Part shown: positions 56,085-64,000 of the stretch, in pieces
How the letters are laid out: each line of letters begins with the position of its first letter
Position numbering within the stretch: position 1 is the first letter of the stretch
Source of the DNA: the human T2T-CHM13v2.0 reference genome, Homo sapiens
Strand: one strand, 5' to 3'
Assembly: GCF_009914755.1 (NCBI RefSeq)
Contig: NC_060928.1
DNA: 64,000 nt
Translations under genes and position numbers: made by a program
Notes under the pieces: model-generated
Databases searched by the model: none
What the model saw: only the letters and a program-made list of their open reading frames with translations
Told to the model about the DNA's origin: nothing

Positions 56085-56514
56085 TGTGGTAGTTAATAAT
56101 GAGTGTCAACTTGACCAGATTGAAGGAACAAAGTATTGATCCTGAGTGTGTCTGTGAGGATGTTGCCAAAGGAGATTAACATTTAAGTCAGTGGGCTGGG
56201 AAAGACAGACCCATCCTTAATCTGGGTGGGCACAATCTAATCAGCTGCCAGTGCAGCTAGAATATAAGCAGGCAGAAAGATGTGAAAAGACAGACTGGCC
56301 TAGTCTCCTAGGCTATATTTTTCTTCCGTACTGGTTGCCTCCTCAAACATCAGACTCCAGGTCCTTCAGTCTTGAAATCCGACTGGCTCTCCTTGCTCCT
56401 CAGCCTGCAGACGGCCTATCGTGGGACCTCCTTATGGTCATGTGAGTTAATACTTAATAAATTCCTATATATATATATTCCATTAGTTCTGTCCCTCTAG
56501 AGAACCCTAATACA
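56085..56514 (+). mobile_element. MLT2A solo LTR
   Basis: tgtggtagttaataatgagtgtcaac ... gtccctctagagaaccctaataca; homologous to the 6326 and 9226 LTRs; perfect TSD gtgac. Confidence 0.95.
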
Positions 56515-58132
56515 GTGACCCTAGCAGCAATTAATAACATTTGAGAAAACTGAAGATTTACTACCATTAACAGATTATCTGTAATCTTGGTAACCTTGTG
56601 TCAGCTTTTTCTTTATATGTATATACCTGTTATGTTTTACATATGATAGCCAGTTTTTTTCAAAGTCTTCCAAAGTCCAAAGTCTAGTTCTCTTGCAATT
56701 TTTGGCATATAAAAATGCTTTCTTCTTCTTAATGTTTTTATTTCTGCCCTCTCACAAATGGAGTTCCACTGACTGAGATGCCCAGGTCAATTCATTCACC
56801 AGGGCTGAGTCTTGCCCCAAAAATGATCTGTACCTACAACTCTGAATCCCAGACCCAAGTTTCTTGATTCTCAGAGTGAATCTCTGACTCACATTCACTC
56901 TGTTTTTGCATATTTTCTTAGTCTGTTTTATTTAATTTTTATGTTAAGTTTATTCTTAAGTCTTGTTCTGTTTTGTACATGGATATTATTTTTATTCTCT
57001 TGGTAACTGAAATGTGGAGTATGATTTTGATTATTTGACCCAGCCACAAAATCTCTGTTAGGTGGTAGATGGCAGGAAATCCCAGTTCTGTCTTTTCATA
57101 TTTGTCTTTCTGTAGTTATTCTTGAAGCTTGTACTATCTCCTGATATTCTCTATATTGTATGTCATTTGAACACTAGCATAACACCATTTTTGAACACTA
57201 GTTTGAATATCATTCAAGAGAAAATTTCCCACCCACTAGAATGGAGATCAGCCCCAGATTAAGAAATTTTCATAAGAAGAATTTGTTGATCTTTTTTACT
57301 TCCTGACCTTCCTACTCCCAAGTAGCTGCAATGAACCAGTGAGATTTGTTGAAGCACAGAAAATTGTGCTGTATATTTATTTTTGACCTATATCTAAACA
57401 TGTATAACTGAGGCTGCTAGTTCTCTTTGTGTCTATGTGTGTAAATGAAAAAAAAGTCATTTTCTTCTTTGCAAAACGAAATAAATTAGCCTTGTACAAT
57501 ATTCTTATAACTGTAGCTCTTTTGTATCAGTGGCTGATTCATTCTATCATTTTCTTTCACTCTCTTGAAAATTTTTATAAATTACTGAGCCAAATATATA
57601 TCATTTTGTACACTGAGGGATAGATGTCTTATTAAACAAAGCTGCCAGAAGAGCTGAAGAATAGGAAACAAAGTTTTGTATTTGTTTGTTTAAATTAAGA
57701 CTGATTTTGAATAGCTTAGAAAAGAGGCAGCTCTGCCTTCTAAGAGGATTTTTGCTTGGCTAATATAATAAATTTTACAAATGGGCATTGATGTATGAGA
57801 CCAAGTGGAATGCAGGTGAAATGGTAATGATTACTTCTGGCTTGTCCGTAGCATCAAGATCTACTATGAAATCTAAGAGATTCTGAGTTGACATCTTTTT
57901 CTCATTTCTCTCAGAGGAAATAAGAGGACTGTTATAGAAATAGTTAAATACCCAAGCCAAAAAGTGAGGGAAGGTTTCATGTTCTAACAAGATGCAAATA
58001 GCAGAGGAATATGTGTGATGGTAGGGTGATATGTAATGTGTACTATTGAAGTGACAGCTCTAGGTCATTACAGTCTTCTGGTCTCCTAAGTTGCCTTGAA
58101 AGGCACAGTTTTTAATCCTCTACTGAAAAGTT

Positions 58133-58231
58133 TGTGTGTGTGTGTGCGTGTGTGTACACATGTACGAGAGAGAGAGAGAGAGAGAAAAGTGACAAAGAAA
58201 GAGAGACACAGACAACAGAGGCAGAGAGAGA
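58133..58231. repeat. Compound (TG)n/(GA)n microsatellite
   Basis: tgtgtgtg...gagagagaga. Confidence 0.9.
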
Positions 58232-58989
58232 ATTGAAAGTTATTTGGGGTAAAAGCTGTAGCTAATATGAGTGATCAGAACTATATTACGTAAAAAATAA
58301 GAAGAAATACAAGCATGTTTACAAAATGATGAATGTGATTTGTCTGGTTTTCATAACAATTGAAAAGAAATGAATTTTATCTTAGGTCTGAAACAGATGT
58401 ACTTTGATCAATACTATATCTCTAGATAATTGGAATGTTAAAGAAAAGACAAGAACAATTTATAGAAGTGAACAATTTATAGAAGTCTTGATGGAAAACA
58501 AATTGTATTTACAAATAATGAGTTTGAAAAGAAGCTAATACACTAAATTTTGACAATGGTAAATTTTGATGAGCTTAATCATAAAACAGAGAAATGCTTG
58601 TGAATCCTTAACTATAAAACATTACACAGGTGGTATATTTTAAAAGTAAAATTAGAATATGATATCACTTTTGTTACACTGACAAACTGATTTTTGATTA
58701 CAGTTTGCTCTTAACATAGGGAAAACCATTCTGTGCCTTCAATATATTTTGCCCAAATATCAAAAAGTTCCTTTTATCACATAAGTATTCCTTTTATTGT
58801 GCTTGTGAATCTTTTTTCTCTTCTTTGTGACTTATTTGCAAAGTTTGGTATTCCTAACATTGAAAGTTACTTAGTTATTTGCGTCTCTGTTACTTCTTTT
58901 TTACTCAAAAGGCACCTGTGACTTCTGTTCATGTTTTACTTCATCTGACAATTTTTTCAATATTTTTCCCACATTCAAGTTCCAAATTT

Positions 58990-59296
58990 TATTTTATTAT
59001 TATTATCCTTTTTTGAGACAGAGTCTCACTCTGTCACCCAGGCCGGAGTGCAGCAGTGCGATCTACTCTCACCACAACCTCCACCTCCCGGGTTCAAGCA
59101 ATTATCATGCCTCAGCCTCCTGAGTAGCTGGGATTACAGGTGTGTGCCACCACACACAGCTAATTTTTTGTATTTTCAGTAGAGACGGGGTTTTGCTATG
59201 CTGGCCAGGTGGGTCTTAAACTCCTGTCCTCAAATGATCCCCTGCCTCCACCTCTCAAAGTGCTGGGATTATAGGCATGAGCCACGGTGCAGGGCC
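58990..59296 (-). mobile_element. AluS
   Basis: T-rich tail plus antisense dimer; TSD-like tcaagtt(c/g)caaatt. Confidence 0.93.
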
Positions 59297-59467
59297 TCAA
59301 GTTGCAAATTAAAAAAACAAACAAACAAAACAATTATAATGTCTTTTTAACCTATCTTTTGGGTATCCCAGATGGCTTCAGGATCATACCAAAGATTTTC
59401 TTCTTCACTATATAAAAGGAGGGCTGCAAGACATGACAAGGTATGTCTTGTGTGGTTGTTATACAAA

Positions 59468-60017
59468 TGTTATAACAATTTTATTTTTTTAAAGCTAAAG
59501 ATGTTTCCTATATATTGGCCCTTATGTTTACTTCTGCATATTAGGACCATTGGCTCAAAAGCTTGCCAGCTCCGAATTCAAAATTCTTAGACATTCAGCT
59601 GTTTTAAATATGGCCCAAATAAGCATATTTTTAGCCGTTTAGAGTCTACTTGCTTTGCCTACACCATGAAATTGCTTCCAATATCTGTTAGACATCAATA
59701 AGGCACATCCTGGGGCTATAAAAGACCTCATGCCACTGCTGCTCTTTGGAGCTCAATGACCCAGAGATTCTCCATCCTGTGGTTGAGTGTCATCATCTAG
59801 ACATGGAAGTCCCCTCTCTGATTTCCCTCTCCCACAGGAGACCGCTACTCCTTCTGGGTAGTGGCTCCAGGTCACGGTCTCTGGAAGGCCTTTGCTGGGA
59901 GAGACGTCTCATGCAAACCTATCCATGTGCTGCCCAAATAAAGCTTGGTATGGGCTACTGCCACCTCAGGGTCATGTCTTTTCCTTGACAAGACTCATGA
60001 TCCTTGACCTTGTTACA
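59468..60017 (+). mobile_element. ERV1-class solo LTR (family uncertain)
   Basis: TG...CA ends (tgttata...tgttaca), TATA box ggctataaaag at about 59715 and AATAAA at about 59937, in LTR order. Confidence 0.6.
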
Positions 60018-60153
60018 ATGGTCCATATTTTTGTCTAATTCAATACTGTATTCAGGGCTGTCCTGTTTATCAAATCTCAAAATATAAAAAGAGGTGACTA
60101 TTCAAGGAAAATTTTGGCCTAAGTTGAATATATAACAAATAAAATATTAATAA

Positions 60154-60432
60154 AGCCAGGTACAGTGGCTCCATGCCTGTTATCCCACCACTTAGGGAGG
60201 CTGCGGCAGGTGGATCATTTGAATCCAGGAGTTCAAGACCAGCCTGAGCCACAAGGTGAAACTCTGTCTCTACAAAAATGACTATGAAAAATTAGCCAGG
60301 CATGGTGGCACATGCTACCATGGGAGGCTGAGGTGGGAGGATTGCCCAAACCCAGGAAGTCAAGGCTGCAGTAAGCCATGAGTGTGCCATTGCACTCAGC
60401 CTGGGTGACAGAATGGGACCCTATCTCAAAAT
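60154..60432 (+). mobile_element. AluJ with right-arm deletion
   Basis: ggaggattgcccaaacccaggaagtcaaggctgcagt J-type diagnostics. Confidence 0.9.
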
Positions 60433-60489
60433 ACACATGTACATATATATTTTTACATTAACATAAACATATTAGAAGCACAGTGCAGT

Positions 60490-60898
60490 ATATTGATGGC
60501 CAATTAAAGCCTCCTTAAATCCATACCTTTGCAACGTGATTGTGCAGCCCTACTCATCAAGAGGTGGAGTCTATTCACCTACTCTAGGACTATGAGCTGG
60601 TCTTGTGAATCGGTCTAGCCAATAGAATCCAATGGAAGTGATAATGTGCCAGTTCTAACTATGTGCTTTAAGAGACTTTACACAGTTTCATTCTTTCAGA
60701 ACCCTACATCTACATGACAATAAGCCAGCAAGTCTCTAAAGGATGAGAAGCCACATGGGGAAGAGAGAAGTTGTGCCCACTAGCATGAGCCCAGGTCTGG
60801 ACCAGATCATCATCATTGTTGCACAATAAATAATAAATAGCTGTTGTTTTAAGCCACTAAGTTTTGTGATGCCATTGTGGCAATAGATAACTGATGCA
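60490..60898 (+). mobile_element. MLT1F/G/H-like LTR
   Basis: ctcatcaagaggtggagtctatt...gctgttgttttaagccactaagtttt...gcaatagataactgatgca. Confidence 0.8.
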
Positions 60899-62469
60899 TA
60901 TACTTAGGTTTATACTCAAAGACTAACACAATAACTGTCAAATTGATTTTTTCAAAGATTTTGTTTCAGAGGTAAATTATCTGTCAAGTCGTGACATTAG
61001 GGATGACATTTTTAAAACCTTGAGGTTTGTCAATGTCCTTGTTGTCAATATGTTCTTAGTTCAAGGTGATCAATGACTAAATCCATATGGAAAAAAAATA
61101 TGTATGTCCTCAGTAGAGGACTCCATTCCTCTCCACTCTGAGATTGTTTATTATTACAGCAAATTTTTGCTAAACATATATTATACAAATCAATCATATC
61201 ATTAGCAGGTAGTTTCTGCCCAAAGCCCTGCTACAAGTTACAGGTTATAAATTTCATCTTTTGAAAGAAACATCAAAAGAATGGTAGCCTTATGAACAAT
61301 GCATTTTCTTAACAATTTATAGTAGCAGAAAAAGACCTATGGGTACAGGTTTCTCAGTTTAGTTTAAACTGACATCATAACCATGAACCTGTTAGACTAA
61401 GCAAAAGAACTGATTCGGGATTTCAGGACTTTTTTTCCTCCAGAAACAGAAAACTTCATATGGTAATCTGCTTAAACCAAGATCAGCAAAATAAGAATTA
61501 ATTATCTAGAACTGAATACACTGATTGAATTATGTTTCATATTTATTTTCTAATAAAATATGAGAAAGCTTTTTCTTTGAATCAATTTATAAACTTCAAT
61601 TTGTTTGCTTTTACTAGTACAAACTGGAATGAAATATCCTTTAAATAGTATATAAATGGTTTCAACTAACCCTTCAGAACTTGAGGGGGAAAAAGTCCTA
61701 ATAAAAATGTTCATATATATTATAAGTTAATAAATCATTGTGAATAACTTTATGGAAATTAAGAACACATTTTCATTTATTTTATCTTTAAAACAATATA
61801 GAACAATAGTTAAATATATATAAAATGCCTTTACTGAGTTCATTATAGAAGTATTTATTTACAAAGTTTTAATAAGAATTGATACTTTTTTCTATCATAA
61901 TGTAATTGAAAAATCAAGTTTGTAATCCACTTTCCATTTTAATATATAACATTTAAAGGTAAGGCAGTAAACTAGTATGGTGGCTCCTATTAAGGAACGT
62001 GGATTTAATCTTTAGGTGAAAATGATGCCCACTAGGTCCTCCTAAAAAACCAGCTCGCTCTTTTCTATATTGGTTAGGGATTGCCAACTAATGGAATGTT
62101 ACAGGAAAACACATATTGGGAAATTTGAGGATATTAAAAAGAGAAAGGGGGTGCTTTTACCATTATATGTAATGTAGGTAAAACCTGGAAGAAGAAAATT
62201 GGATGATTCCTAATTCCTAACCTCAATGAAAAAACTGACAGGGGCAATAAAAATCCTGCTACATAAAATCATTATGAAAAAATATAATGTGACACCAGGG
62301 GATTTATCAGTCTTCTAGACAGAAGTTACTGATATGTTAGTATCATATGATTCTAGTTTTGCTAATGAAACAATAAAAGCATCCATGTTTTAATCCATTC
62401 CTTATACCACATTTACTAATGAAACTGACTCAGTAAAACACCAAGTTAATGATATTGAATCAAAAGTTG

Positions 62470-63435
62470 CTAGAACATGGGCAGAGCATTCAAATAGAGA
62501 TTTCCCTAAAGAAGACATACAAATTGCCAAAACATATATGAAAAAATGCTCAACATCACTAATCATCAGGGAAAGACAAATTAAAAGCACAATGAATTAT
62601 CACCTCACACATGTTAGAATTTACTATCAGAAAGAGAAAAGACAGCAAGTATTGGAGAGGACACAGAGAACAGGGAACCCCTGCACACTGTTGGTGGGAA
62701 TGTAAATTAGCACAACCTTATGGAAAACAGTACAGAGGTTCCTCAAAAAATTAAAAACAGAATACCATTTAATCCAGCTATCCCACTCCTGGGTACACAT
62801 CCAAAGGAAATGAAATCAGTTTGTCAGAGATAACTGCACCACCGTGCTCACTGCACCATTATTCACAATAGCCAAGATATGGAATCAACCTAAGTGTTTG
62901 TTAACATATGAATGAAAAAAGAAGATGCAGTATATATACACAATGGAATACTATTCAGCCATAAAAGGAAGGAAATTCTGTAATTTGTGACAACATGGAT
63001 ATACCTGGAGGACATTGTGCTAAGTGAAATATGCCAGATACAGAAAGGCAAATACCACATGACCTCACTCATGTGGAATCTAAAATGTTGATCTCACAGT
63101 AGAGAGTAAAATGGTGGCAAAAAGAGCTGGAGCATTTGGGAGCAGGTGTTAGGGAGATGTTGGCCAAAGGATATAAAATGGTATTTACATAGGCGGAATA
63201 AGTCCAAGAGATCTATTGTATAACATGGTGACTATAGTTAACAATATATTGTATTCTTGAAAAATGTTAAGAGCGTGGACATAAAATGTTTACACCATAA
63301 AAATAATAACTATGTAAAGTAATGCACATGTTAATTAGCTCGATTTAGTCATTCCGCAACATATATATACTTCGAAGCATCATGTTGTACACAATAAATA
63401 CATACAATTTTGTCTGTAAATAAAAATAAATAATG
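62470..63435 (+). mobile_element. L1MA 3' end
   Basis: aaaaaatgctcaacatcactaatcatcaggga...gagatctattgtataacatggtgactatagttaacaat...A-rich tail. Confidence 0.9.
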
Positions 63436-63931
63436 AGTAAACCAAATAAACAGTTGCTGAACAAACTTACACAGTCACAACCATGCTTTATGAATGCATC
63501 TTGATCACAAGATAGGGATGAGAAAGCAAACAACTTAGCTTCCTCCATAATGCATAAGTAGTATATAATATCTTACAATCAAGGGGAATAAGCACCTGCT
63601 ACCCTGTGACAAACAAACACAGGTAATTCTGTCTAGCACTAATCTCCAAAATAACTAGAATCTCTAGAGCTCCCCTTCTTTATATAAGTTATTACTGAAT
63701 CTATAACCAAAGAATAACTTATAGCTCTCACTGATATATGATGACCCTGGATGGGAAGGTGAAACATTAGTCAGTCATTTAGTTTTTGACCACCTGACAC
63801 ATTCCAAGAATAGTAATAATGTGCAGACAAGCAAAAGGGACTGGCTTCCTTCACATTATTTCAGATTTATACTTATTTTCTGGATAAAACAATATCTATT
63901 GCTGATCCTTTTATTTTCCTTTTATTAATAT

Positions 63932-64000
63932 ATTTTTATTTTTATTTTATTTTAGAAACAGAGTCTTGCTCTATCACCAAGGCTGGAGTGCAGTGGTACG
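63932..64000 (-). mobile_element. Alu 3' end, truncated by the window edge
   Basis: (TTTTA)n tail followed by gaaacagagtcttgctctatcaccaaggctggagtgcagtgg. Confidence 0.9.

Larger units (their letters stand above)
58240..61700 (+). mobile_element. Possible degenerate ERV1 (MER4-group) internal sequence, broken by later insertions
   Basis: Motifs such as aaccaagatcagcaaaataagaattaattatctagaactgaatacactgattg resemble non-coding MER4-group internals. Recalled similarity only. Confidence 0.4.

Overview
AT-rich, CpG-depleted primate DNA, most likely human because it carries an AluYa5. It lies inside a large minus-strand gene. Three spliced coding exons (55542-55344, 44941-44797, 40248-40114) have canonical AG/GT ends and join in frame. 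They encode an IQ-motif segment that I recognise from memory as IQCM (IQ motif containing M). The rest is intron packed with transposable elements: an internally deleted HERV-L/MLT2A provirus nested in an MLT1 LTR, THE1/MLT1/MLT2/LTR16 LTRs, old and young L1s (one 5'-inverted), about 15 Alus, L2/MIR relics and a MER1B DNA transposon. Almost all ORFs in the track are repeat-derived or chance. I see no evidence of a new multi-gene system. The most interesting signal is that the 135-nt exon appears to encode a degenerate calmodulin-like EF-hand lobe just downstream of the protein's own IQ motif. Repeat subfamily names come from recalled consensus motifs, and the boundaries of old repeats are approximate.
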